DNA of 63,981 bases, filler included, from an uncultured bacterium (lineage in GTDB: Bacteria; DAOPZR01): assembly GCA_964637655.1 (NCBI GenBank). It is 3 parts of 3 records of this genome, joined end to end, with 100 filler letters (N's around TTAATTAATTAA, not from the genome) between each part and the next. Parts side by side here need not be neighbours in the genome. Positions count along the whole stretch, not along the records: positions 23,256 to 45,313 come from CAZWUZ010000024.1; positions 45,414 to 63,981 come from CAZWUZ010000035.1; 1 more part is not named here. One strand, written 5' to 3'. The translations under genes and the position numbers were made by a program. The notes below the pieces were generated by a model. The model saw nothing but the letters and a program-made list of their open reading frames with translations. It did not search any database and was not told the DNA's origin. This document shows, piece by piece, positions 36,841-45,931 of the stretch (positions are counted from its first letter, which is position 1; every line of letters starts with the position of its first letter).

Positions 36841-38141
36841 CAGAAGGCGAAACTGAGCGCGCCCTCATGCTGGGTGCGCTTATACTCATGGATGGCGGTA
36901 TTCGAGGCATTGTCGGTGATGATGACGTGGTAGTCGGCAGTCACCCCGTCAAGTTTCGGCAGCGGCACCGACAGCCCGACGGTGTAGGTCCACTGTTTGT
37001 CGCTGCGATTGATGTCCCCCATGGCCGCGGTCGAGGGGCCGGCATAATCAGTCCAGCGGCGCGACACGTTCCCGTAGAGGCGCGCGCGCCACCAGGGCAG
37101 GGCAAGCCCGAGCCCGGCATGCAGTTCGTAACCGTCATTGTCATACTTCAGCACGCGGGCATCCTCATCAAACCACTCGCCACCCAGCGTCACTTCATGC
37201 TCGCGCAGCAGGGCATAGCGCAGCGTGCCATTGAGTTTCATGTAGGCGGAGTTGCGGTTGGTGTCGACGCGGTGGAAGCGGCGTTCCCAGCCGCCGCGCA
37301 GGATACATTGCAGCGACGGTGTCAGTGCATAGCCGAACACCGGCTCGGTGCCGCGGATATCGACGAGATTGGCATAGTCATAATCGATATCCTCGAACTT
37401 GACGTTGAGCAGCAGGAACGCCTGCTCGCCTGCGTACTGCAGCAGCAGTTGCCCCTTTACATAGGCAAGGTCCTGGCTCGACTGATCGTCGTGCCATTTC
37501 TGGTAGAGCGTGGCGCCAAGCCCGGCCGACCAGGCCCCGCTCAGGCGGCGGGTCAGCGTCAGGTTGGCGGCATTGGTCTGCCCGTGGTCACCCTTGCGCA
37601 CACTGGCATCAGCGAGCGTAAACGCCGCGCCATTGAGCACGACATTGCTCGCCCCCACCCCGACATTGACATTGTCGTCGTAGAAGTAGCCGCCAAGAAT
37701 GCTTCCTGACAATTGCCACGTGCGTTCTCCATCAGCAAGATGCTCGCTGTACTGCGCAATGGCGGCCCGCACCCCGTCAGGCGGATTATGCGAGAGAACG
37801 ATGGCAAACTGTTCCTGCGCCTGCTGCGGCTGCCCCATGGCGGCGTAGGTGCGTCCCATCTCGAGCCGCACGCGGTCCGCCTGCGGCTGCTGCGCCAGCA
37901 CCCGCTCATAAGCAAGAATCGCGTGCGGGTATTCGCCCAGCCCGAACGCCGCCATACCAAGCCCGAAATCGACGCGCGGGTCACCCGGGTAGTCCCAGAG
38001 CAGATCGTTGAAGCGGTCATACGCCTCAGCGTAGCGTCCCTGCGCGAGCAGCTGTTCCGCGGCGGCAACATCAGTCGCCACCTCAGCTGAGGCGGGAAAT
38101 GCTGCGGCCAGCACGAGGAGCAGCGCGAGGCGGAGCATCAT
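36840..38141 (-). CDS. TPR + DUF560 outer-membrane barrel (Slam/T11SS translocon-like)
   Basis: Signal peptide, TPRs (AYERVL, RVRLEMGR), YDDNVN, beta strands, NASN..I.EY.R, terminal F. Confidence 0.8.
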   Translation of the reverse strand: MMLRLALLLVLAAAFPASAEVATDVAAAEQLLAQGRYAEAYDRFNDLLWDYPGDPRVDFGLGMAAFGLGEYPHAILAYERVLAQQPQADRVRLEMGRTYAAMGQPQQAQEQFAIVLSHNPPDGVRAAIAQYSEHLADGERTWQLSGSILGGYFYDDNVNVGVGASNVVLNGAAFTLADASVRKGDHGQTNAANLTLTRRLSGAWSAGLGATLYQKWHDDQSSQDLAYVKGQLLLQYAGEQAFLLLNVKFEDIDYDYANLVDIRGTEPVFGYALTPSLQCILRGGWERRFHRVDTNRNSAYMKLNGTLRYALLREHEVTLGGEWFDEDARVLKYDNDGYELHAGLGLALPWWRARLYGNVSRRWTDYAGPSTAAMGDINRSDKQWTYTVGLSVPLPKLDGVTADYHVIITDNASNTAIHEYKRTQHEGALSFAF

Positions 38142-39637
38142 TGATCCCGCCGCAGGCGCTCGAGGTTATGCCGGGCCACGCTGTTCTCCGGCTGCAGCTG
38201 CAGCGCTTTTTCCCAGCAGGCAGCAGCGGCCGCGCGATCGCGCAGCCAGTACTCGATGGCGCCGAGATTGACCAGCGCCTCCACCGAGTCAGGGCGCAGC
38301 ACGAGGGCATTGCCGAACGCGGCGCGCGCGGCTTGCAGTTCGCGCAGGGCCGCCGCAGCCAAACCGATCTTGTAATAGGCGTAGTAATTGCGCGGGTCGA
38401 GCTGCAGGGCATCGGCGTAGCGTTGTGCCGCTGCTGCCGGCTGCCGTGCCAGCAGGTCGTCACCGGCCTGCAGCAGCGACGCGACCGCGGCCGCGGACGA
38501 GGTGGCGGGCGGCATCGGCGGCGCGCTCACCTCCTGCGGCGTCGACGCTACCGGCACGATGATGCGTGGCGCTGACGCGGTCGTGCGTGTTTCCGGCAGG
38601 GTGGCCGGCGGTTGCGGGCGGGGCAACGGTGCCGGTGCGGGAGCAGGTGCTGTTGCCGGTGCCGGAAGTCCTGCCGGCACGGACGGGAGCACCTGCGCGC
38701 GCCCGGCATCGGCAACGGACTTGCCGAAGGTAAAGACGCTGTCGATGCGGTGCGTCCCGCCAAGGTCGCCATACGGCACGTAGGCGTAGTTGACCGTCAG
38801 GTCATCGATGCTGATGCCAAAACCGCCGCCAAACCCGTCGCCGGCGTCGTTGCCGGAATTGTAGCCGGCCCGCAGCGCGACCATCTCCGCGACGGTGTAC
38901 TCGATACCGGCATGGTACGAGGTCTGGCTGCCGCGCAGCAGCACCACATCACCGGTGACGATAAGCGGGAGGCGCGGCAGGACATAGGCAGCGCCCGCGC
39001 GCAGCAGCAACGGCAACTGCTCCTTGCGGGCGTCGAAGCGGGCCGAGGTGCCGAGATTGGCGAGCGACGCGCCAAGCGTCAGGCCCGGATACCAGTCGCG
39101 GTACTGCACCCCGAAATCCGCGGCAAGCGACGTAGCCCCGACATTGTCAATCTGCTGGCGAATGACCTTTACGGTGCCACCCAGCCCGAGTCCTGTACCG
39201 CGCTGCTGCGCCCACGACAGTGAGAACGCGTAATCCTCGGCGGAAAAAGACCCGAGCCCGGTACCGTACGGGTTGCTGTAGGTGGCGCGGTAGAGTTCAC
39301 CCTGGTCGACAAAGGTAAGCGAGCCGCCAATGGTCCCGTAGCGCGCGGTCGGATGCGCATAGCCGAGATACTCGTACTTGACGTCGGCGAACCAGTCGTT
39401 ATGCATGAAGACAAACTGCTGGCGCGGCAGGAAGGCGAGCGCGCCGGGATTCCAGTAGAGCGCCGTCACATCACGCACCGCGGCGGCATGCGCTTCGCCC
39501 AGGCCCGCTGCGCGGCCGCCAACCCCGATGCGCAGGAAGGGCGCCGCCGGCCGCTCCGCTGCAGCTGCGAGCGAAAGACAGAGGACGAGCAGCAGTGCCC
39601 CACCCGCCGCCATTCCCGCCCGCCGTACGCTGCTCAC
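38138..39637 (-). CDS. PorV/PorQ (UPF0164)-family barrel with Pro-rich linker and C-terminal TPRs
   Basis: FLRIGVGGRAAGLGEA, ALYWNPGALA, LRAGY, YAYVPYGDLGGTHRI. Confidence 0.82.
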   Translation of the reverse strand: MSSVRRAGMAAGGALLLVLCLSLAAAAERPAAPFLRIGVGGRAAGLGEAHAAAVRDVTALYWNPGALAFLPRQQFVFMHNDWFADVKYEYLGYAHPTARYGTIGGSLTFVDQGELYRATYSNPYGTGLGSFSAEDYAFSLSWAQQRGTGLGLGGTVKVIRQQIDNVGATSLAADFGVQYRDWYPGLTLGASLANLGTSARFDARKEQLPLLLRAGAAYVLPRLPLIVTGDVVLLRGSQTSYHAGIEYTVAEMVALRAGYNSGNDAGDGFGGGFGISIDDLTVNYAYVPYGDLGGTHRIDSVFTFGKSVADAGRAQVLPSVPAGLPAPATAPAPAPAPLPRPQPPATLPETRTTASAPRIIVPVASTPQEVSAPPMPPATSSAAAVASLLQAGDDLLARQPAAAAQRYADALQLDPRNYYAYYKIGLAAAALRELQAARAAFGNALVLRPDSVEALVNLGAIEYWLRDRAAAAACWEKALQLQPENSVARHNLERLRRDQ

Positions 39638-42600
39638 CGGATTATCGCCACTTTCCCCGTGCGGAACTGTCCGCCCGCACGCACGATGTAGTAATAGACG
39701 CCCGTGGGGAGTTCCTCGCCGCGGTCGTCATGGCCGGACCATTGTAGCATACGGGTCGTCGCCGGCGGCACTAGCCGCGCCACACGCGCCCCGGTCAGGT
39801 CGTAGAGTTCGATACTGGAACCATACGCGAGGTTGTTGAAGATGATGCCGGTGGCGGCATTCCCCGCCACGTACGGCATGCCGTTGTCCGGGTCGCCGTC
39901 GTTGGGGCGGTACGGGTTGGGATAGACGACAAGCAGGTCGAGGTCGGCCAGCGCGGCGGGGGCCAGCACGGCATACAGCGAGAAATGACTGAGTCGGGCG
40001 AGTATGCGGTTGCCATCCGTATAGCGCGTCGTTCCCGCCACGCGTTCCCACACGCCGGTCGTCTCATTGTACGTCCAGATGTCGAGTTCGCCTTCGCGGA
40101 TGGTGGTGCCGTCGAGAATACCGTCATCATTCGCGTCAGTGTAGGGCAGGTAGAGCGCGACGGTCAGGCCGCCGGCAAATGCCGTGTCGCCGCTCTGCAG
40201 CTGCAGTTCGCAAAATTCGCCGGCATCGCTGTACATGCCGCCCAGCAGGGTGCGGTAGGCCGTGAGCGAATTCGCCTCGCGTAGCATTATGACATCGGTC
40301 GTATCACCGAGCGCGCCCGCAGGGATGACCAGCTCCGTGACGAGATTGGTGGCATAATCAGCGAAATAGACGTAATTGGTGGCATCGTTGTAGAGACGCT
40401 GGTAGCGCACGTGCGCGCTGCCGGTATCGGTCTCGTAGATATCGGGATTGAGCGCGTCCCCCGCGGTGACGGTCTTATAGACGACGCTGCTCACCGTGCT
40501 GCCGTCGATGAGCGTCAGCAGCGAGCGGATGAGATAGACCCCCGGCGACGCCACCGTGCCGTTGACATTCCAGAAGGTGTAGAACGGGGCACTGACATCG
40601 GGGTTGGGCGCCCCGGCGAGGCCGGCGATATCCGTCCACTGCGTTTCACCCGCGCGCTTGTACTGGAACCTGACGCTGCGCACCTGCACTTCGGTGTAGG
40701 TGCCGAGGGCCGCCATGATGAGCACCCGGGTGCCGTAGATCGACTGCCCGGTCAGCGGCGTGGTGATATAGGCGGTCCCGGTATCCCCTCCCGCCGCCGG
40801 CACGTAGATGCTCACCTGCACGTCGGCGTTCTGTTCTTCTCCCGCCGCATCGGCGCTGCGCAGGGCGAAGACATGACGCGTGTCAGGGGCGAGGGTGAAC
40901 GGCGAGGTCCACGACGTCAGCGGCGTCGCGATGTAGGTATCGAGCACCGTGCTGTCGGTGTGGTTGAGCGTGTCGCTGCCGTCGCGGTCGGTCTCGTAGT
41001 AGAGATGGTAGCGCGTGACGCGCGTGTCGGGCGCCGCCTGCCAGGTCAGTCGCGCATAGTAGAACCCGCCGCCCGCGGAGATGAGTTGCGGCAGCAGTCC
41101 CTGCGGGGCAGGGAGGGTACTGACGGCAATACCGGTATCGACCAGCACGATAGTGTCGTACGCCGCGCCTGACGCCGTGGCGAAGATACTGCGGAACTTC
41201 ACGTAGACGCTTTTCGTTTCGCTCCCGGTGGTACTCAGCACCCACGAGCAGGAGACAGCAACGGTTTCCCAGACGCCGCCGGTAAAAGCGGAATCATTGG
41301 CCAGCATCATCTCAACGGCGACACTGTCGTAGTACAGGGCGAGCGTGACGGTTTCCGTCAGCGTCGTATCGGCGCCGCCGGCGATGATGACCGCGGTATC
41401 ATCGATGCCGGGCGCGCTGCTGTCGGCGATGACCACGGTCAGGTAGTCGGTGTCCTGCACCCCGAAAAAGTCCGTGACGCGCAACGCAAAAACATAGGTG
41501 CCGGGGAGCGCCCCGGTGCAGAGGGTGTAGCTGTCGGCCGGGCTGACAATGGCTGCCGCCGCACCCGACACCTGCGTCCAGAGGTACGCGACCAGGGTGT
41601 CGCCGAGCGGCGCCACCGAGTTGCGCCCGTCGAGCACAATGGCGGCCACACCGTGCGCGGTGTCCTCTCCCGCATAGGCGCCGAGGTTCCAGAGCACGAT
41701 GGTCCCCGCCGTGTCGCTGAACCACGACTCGTTGGCAAACGGGGAGGCGGTGTCAATCACCGTCACGCGGTAATAGTAGGTGTCGCCGGCGGTGGCGGTC
41801 AGGTCCTTGAACTGCGTGTCCGCGACGCTCAGCACGGTGCCGAGCAGCGTGGCGCGTCCCTTCCAGTCCGCCTGCTGCGGGTCGGTGTCACGATAAACAC
41901 GGTAGCCGCCAAAATCATTGAGTGCCGTGCCGTCGCGGTTGAGCAGCGCTTTCGTCCATTGCACGGTGATGAGGCCGCCAACCGCGGTATCGACCCGCGT
42001 GATGCTCACCGGTGCCGGAGCGAACGTATCGGCCTGCGCCCTGGTGTCCGCTGCCCCGAGCCGGTACGGCACCATGCTCACCTGCGCCGCGCTGCTGCCG
42101 CTGACGAGGCGTGTCACGCTGTCCTGCCCGGTGGAATTCCACCAGTTGTACGCGCCACCGTAGTTGGTGCCGGTGGCGTCGCACCAGATGCCCGAATCAG
42201 GGCGGGTCGCAGCGAGGTAGACGTTGCAGGCGACGAGCGAGTCGCCGCTGCCGGTGCCACCGATGCGCGCGGCATAGAGCAGCGGGCTGCGGATGGTACA
42301 CTGCGCGGCACGGTTGCTCGCTGCGGCGCCGCTGAACGCGATGCCGTCGGTATCGCCGTCGGAACGCAGCCGCCACGCGGCGCAGTTCGTACTCCCGGCA
42401 AAGCGTGCCGCCGCGCCGTTGGCGCTGCTGCGCAGGTCAAGCACCTGCCCCGCGGTCGCGCCGCTGCCGAACTCCGCGGCCGCGCCGCCATTCGCCGCCG
42501 CCGGCCCGCCGCTGATGCGCGCGAGGGTCGAGGCATTGATGGCAAGGCCGCTCCCGGTGTTGCCATAGGTGCTGCAGCCCGAAACCGTCGCGTTGTCCGA

Positions 42601-45222
42601 CCCGGCAGCCAGCAGCATGCCGTCCGCCCCGCAGTGCCGTGCCGCCACGTCGTCGATGACCGCGTAATCGACATTATCACAACGGATGCCGTAGCGGCCG
42701 TTGCGCACGGTGAGGTGACGCACGACCAGGTTGCTGCGTCCCGCCACGCTCAGCGCGCTGCGGTTCGCGGCCGTGCTGCTGTCACCCGCGTCGATGATGG
42801 TGGTGGTCGAATCCGCCCCGAGGATGGTGAGGTAGTCGGTGTCGATGCTCACCGTCTCGCTGTACGTGCCCGCGGCGACATGGATGGTATCGCCGGCATG
42901 CAGCAACCCGATACCGTCCCAGCCGACGACATTGCGCAGGTACTTCTTCGCCAGCGCGGGGGTCAGCCCGCTGTTGCCCGTATCCCCGGTGGCGACATTG
43001 ACATACCAGTGCTTGGGTGCCCCGGCCGCCGCGAGTATGGTGAAGGTTTCTGTCGCCGACCACGTTGAGCGCTGCTGCCCGTTGTCGAGTGCCTGCACCG
43101 CCCAATAGTAGGTCCCCTCCGGCAGCAGCGTGGTGGTAAGCGGGAAGGTCGTCCCCAGTTGCACATTCCCCAGCAACGTGCCGTGGTACACGTGGGCGCT
43201 GTTCGTATCCGCCGCCATGATGTCACAGCCCCCCGGGTTGCTGCCGATACGCACGCTGTAAGAAAGTGCGGCCGCGGGGGTCAGCCCGTCAGCCGGGGCA
43301 TTCCACTGCAGTGTCACCGTCGTCCCCTGGTAGAAACTGTTCCCCTGTGGAGCGACCGTGACGGGCGCCGCGGGGCGCGCATTAGCCGCGCCAGCCGCGT
43401 TGCGGAAGATGATGCAGCGCCGTCGCCCGGCATTGTCCATGCCGGTGGCCAGCAGGTCGAGGTCGCCGTCACTGTCGTCATCGCCCCACGCCAGCGAAGC
43501 GAAGGTCAGCCCGTAGCCGCTGCCGAAGGGCTCCGTATCGTATTCGAGCGCGCCGGCATTGCGCTTGTAGAGGATGAGGCGGTTGCCGCCGGACGCGGTG
43601 CCCGCCGCCGCCAGGTCGAGATCGCCGTCATTGTCATAGTCGCCCCAGGCCACTGCGCTCTGCGTCAGGCCGGTCGGCTGCGTGTCGGCAGTAAGCGTGC
43701 CGCCGGCATTGCGGTAGATCAGCAGCAGGCGGTTGCCGCCGTCATGCCCGCTCACTGCGAGGTCGAGGTCGCCGTCATTGTCCGCATCACCCCAGGCCAG
43801 CGCGCTGTAATTCATACCGGTATTCGTTCCGTACGGCTGTGCGGTCACGGTGAAGGCGCCGCCGCTGTTGCCGCAGATGAGCAGGCGGCGGCGGTTGCTG
43901 TCATCCTGTCCGCTTGCCGCCAGATCAAGGTCGCCATCACCGTCGATATCGCCGAAAGCCAGCGCGCCCAGCGCCAGCCCGAGATCCGCCCCGAGCGGTT
44001 CGCTGCCAGCCGTGAAGACCCCGGCCCCGGTGTTGGTGAGAATGGCGAGGCGCTTGGTCCCTGACGCATCCTGCCCGCTCACCGCCAGGTCGAGGTCTCC
44101 GTCATTGTCCGCGTCACCCCAGGCCAGCGCGCTGTAGGCAAGCCCGAGCCCCGGCCCGAGCGGCTCGCTCACCGCGGCAAAGGCGCCTGCCGTATTGCGG
44201 TAGATGATGAGCCGGCGGCTCACGCCCTGCAGGCCGCTGACCGCGAGATCGAGATCACCGTCGCCGTCATAGTCACCCCACGCCACCGCGCCCCACGACA
44301 TACCCTGCCCCGCGCCGAGCGGCTCGGCCACAATGCTGAAGTTGCCACCGCCATTGTTGCGGTAGACCAGGCAGCGCGCGCCCCCCGTGTCACCGAGTGC
44401 GGCGAAGTCAAGGTCACCGTCACCGTCATAATCACCCCACGCGGCATTGCCGAAATAGAGGCCGCGCGCGCTCCCCATCGGCTCGTCCGTGTCGCCGCCG
44501 GCCCCGAAGAGTGCCGGGCTGGTATCGTAATGCACCGTCACCGTCGCGGTACCGGTATTGGTCGCGCTATCGGTGCCGCTGTAGGTGATGACCGTCGTCT
44601 CCGCGGTGAGCGGGATGACGCCACTGAACGTGCCGTTGCTCACCGTCAGCCAGCCGCTGGCGCCGGCATCAGTGGAGTAGTAGATGGCCAGCGGTGTGTC
44701 ATTGGCGTCACTGACCGTGCCGACCGTCACCACCCCCGCCGTGGTCGTGTCGTAGCCAGCCCCGGGCCGGGTGATGATAATGCCCGGCGCCACGGTGTCG
44801 CAGTTGACGCTGACGGCGGCCGTGCCGCTGTTGGTGGCGCTGTCCGCAGCGCTGAACGTTATGGTCGTCACTGCTGTGCGCAACGGTACCGTGCCGCTGA
44901 ACGTGCCCGCGGTTACCGTCAGCCAGCCGCTGTCGCCGCCCGTGGTCAGGTACTGCACCGCGTAGAGCGTATCGTTATTGTCGACTGCCGTGCCGCGCAC
45001 CAGCACGTACGCGGCATTGGTATCGTAGCCGGCAGCGGGCTGCAGCAGCGCCACAGCCGGATTGACGATGTCGAGCGTCACCATAATTGCTGCTGATGAG
45101 TCGGAGGCCCCGAGCGCGTTGCGCGCGACCGCCACCAGCGTATGCGTGCCGGCTACACCCAGTGCCACGCCGGTGCAGGTCCAGGTGGTGCCCGCCCCAA
45201 GCGCCACCGAGCCAACGCGGAT
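39634..45222 (-). CDS. Giant secreted protein (Ig-like, FG-GAP/VCBS propeller, beta-helix, FN3/PKD, T9SS-like CTD); 5' end disrupted
   Basis: Repeated WGD.D.DGDLDL, GDTIHVAAGTY.E, LDGRNS..YLWTQVSG, C-terminal VYPNPY...GVYYY...GKVAIIR; frame begins mid Ig domain after TAA, no signal peptide. Confidence 0.85.
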   Translation of the reverse strand: MRVGSVALGAGTTWTCTGVALGVAGTHTLVAVARNALGASDSSAAIMVTLDIVNPAVALLQPAAGYDTNAAYVLVRGTAVDNNDTLYAVQYLTTGGDSGWLTVTAGTFSGTVPLRTAVTTITFSAADSATNSGTAAVSVNCDTVAPGIIITRPGAGYDTTTAGVVTVGTVSDANDTPLAIYYSTDAGASGWLTVSNGTFSGVIPLTAETTVITYSGTDSATNTGTATVTVHYDTSPALFGAGGDTDEPMGSARGLYFGNAAWGDYDGDGDLDFAALGDTGGARCLVYRNNGGGNFSIVAEPLGAGQGMSWGAVAWGDYDGDGDLDLAVSGLQGVSRRLIIYRNTAGAFAAVSEPLGPGLGLAYSALAWGDADNDGDLDLAVSGQDASGTKRLAILTNTGAGVFTAGSEPLGADLGLALGALAFGDIDGDGDLDLAASGQDDSNRRRLLICGNSGGAFTVTAQPYGTNTGMNYSALAWGDADNDGDLDLAVSGHDGGNRLLLIYRNAGGTLTADTQPTGLTQSAVAWGDYDNDGDLDLAAAGTASGGNRLILYKRNAGALEYDTEPFGSGYGLTFASLAWGDDDSDGDLDLLATGMDNAGRRRCIIFRNAAGAANARPAAPVTVAPQGNSFYQGTTVTLQWNAPADGLTPAAALSYSVRIGSNPGGCDIMAADTNSAHVYHGTLLGNVQLGTTFPLTTTLLPEGTYYWAVQALDNGQQRSTWSATETFTILAAAGAPKHWYVNVATGDTGNSGLTPALAKKYLRNVVGWDGIGLLHAGDTIHVAAGTYSETVSIDTDYLTILGADSTTTIIDAGDSSTAANRSALSVAGRSNLVVRHLTVRNGRYGIRCDNVDYAVIDDVAARHCGADGMLLAAGSDNATVSGCSTYGNTGSGLAINASTLARISGGPAAANGGAAAEFGSGATAGQVLDLRSSANGAAARFAGSTNCAAWRLRSDGDTDGIAFSGAAASNRAAQCTIRSPLLYAARIGGTGSGDSLVACNVYLAATRPDSGIWCDATGTNYGGAYNWWNSTGQDSVTRLVSGSSAAQVSMVPYRLGAADTRAQADTFAPAPVSITRVDTAVGGLITVQWTKALLNRDGTALNDFGGYRVYRDTDPQQADWKGRATLLGTVLSVADTQFKDLTATAGDTYYYRVTVIDTASPFANESWFSDTAGTIVLWNLGAYAGEDTAHGVAAIVLDGRNSVAPLGDTLVAYLWTQVSGAAAAIVSPADSYTLCTGALPGTYVFALRVTDFFGVQDTDYLTVVIADSSAPGIDDTAVIIAGGADTTLTETVTLALYYDSVAVEMMLANDSAFTGGVWETVAVSCSWVLSTTGSETKSVYVKFRSIFATASGAAYDTIVLVDTGIAVSTLPAPQGLLPQLISAGGGFYYARLTWQAAPDTRVTRYHLYYETDRDGSDTLNHTDSTVLDTYIATPLTSWTSPFTLAPDTRHVFALRSADAAGEEQNADVQVSIYVPAAGGDTGTAYITTPLTGQSIYGTRVLIMAALGTYTEVQVRSVRFQYKRAGETQWTDIAGLAGAPNPDVSAPFYTFWNVNGTVASPGVYLIRSLLTLIDGSTVSSVVYKTVTAGDALNPDIYETDTGSAHVRYQRLYNDATNYVYFADYATNLVTELVIPAGALGDTTDVIMLREANSLTAYRTLLGGMYSDAGEFCELQLQSGDTAFAGGLTVALYLPYTDANDDGILDGTTIREGELDIWTYNETTGVWERVAGTTRYTDGNRILARLSHFSLYAVLAPAALADLDLLVVYPNPYRPNDGDPDNGMPYVAGNAATGIIFNNLAYGSSIELYDLTGARVARLVPPATTRMLQWSGHDDRGEELPTGVYYYIVRAGGQFRTGKVAIIR

Positions 45223-45313
45223 TTAAAGCGGGGCCTCGCCGCGCCCAAAGCTGGCGGTTTTCTCAGGAGGCATCTTGCTCTTTTGCACGCGGTCATGTTA
45301 TACTGTGCTATTA
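45223..45313. mobile_element. Possible end of an inserted element interrupting the giant gene
   Basis: Abrupt non-coding sequence with TTGCTC-N18-TATACT (extended -10) promoter pointing into the contig break. Confidence 0.35.
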
Positions 45314-45413
45314 NNNNNNNNNNNNNNNNNNNNNNNNNNNNNNNNNNNNNNNNNNNNTTAATTAATTAANNNNNNNNNNNNNNNNNNNNNNNNNNNNNNN
45401 NNNNNNNNNNNNN
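45314..45413. other. Artificial contig-join spacer
   Basis: N run with central TTAATTAATTAA. Confidence 0.97.
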
Positions 45414-45415
45414 CC

Positions 45416-45931
45416 CCGCGGGCACGCCTGCCGCGCCACCTGCGCACCAATTCGCTGGCGCTGGTCGACCAGGACATTTTCCTCTTTGCCGGCAGCGTAC
45501 GCGACAACCTGACGTTGTGGGACGACACCATTCCCGAGCAGGATGTCATCGCGGCGGCCCGCGACGCCGCCATCCACGACGACATCGTCACCCGCCCGGG
45601 CGGCTACGCCGGCATGGTGGAAGAAGGGGGCGCCAACTTCAGCGGCGGGCAGCGTCAGCGTCTGGAAATCGCCCGCGCCCTGGTCAACAACCCCGCCCTG
45701 CTGGTCCTCGACGAGGCGACCAGCGCGCTCGATCCGACCACGGAAAAACGCATTGACGACAACCTGCGCCGGCGCGGCTGTGCCTGCCTCATTGTCGCCC
45801 ACCGCCTCTCGACCATACGCGACGCGGACGAGATTATCGTGCTCGAACGCGGCGTGGTGGTCGAACGCGGCACCCATACCACGCTGAAAAGCGCCAACGG
45901 CCCGTACCGCCGCCTCATCGGTGAAGCGTGA
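45416..45931 (+). CDS. NHLP bacteriocin-type ABC transporter, peptidase/ATPase subunit (TIGR03796-like), 3' part
   Basis: [55 protein letters not shown]. Confidence 0.85.
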   Translation, partial: PRARLPRHLRTNSLALVDQDIFLFAGSVRDNLTLWDDTIPEQDVIAAARDAAIHDDIVTRPGGYAGMVEEGGANFSGGQRQRLEIARALVNNPALLVLDEATSALDPTTEKRIDDNLRRRGCACLIVAHRLSTIRDADEIIVLERGVVVERGTHTTLKSANGPYRRLIGEA

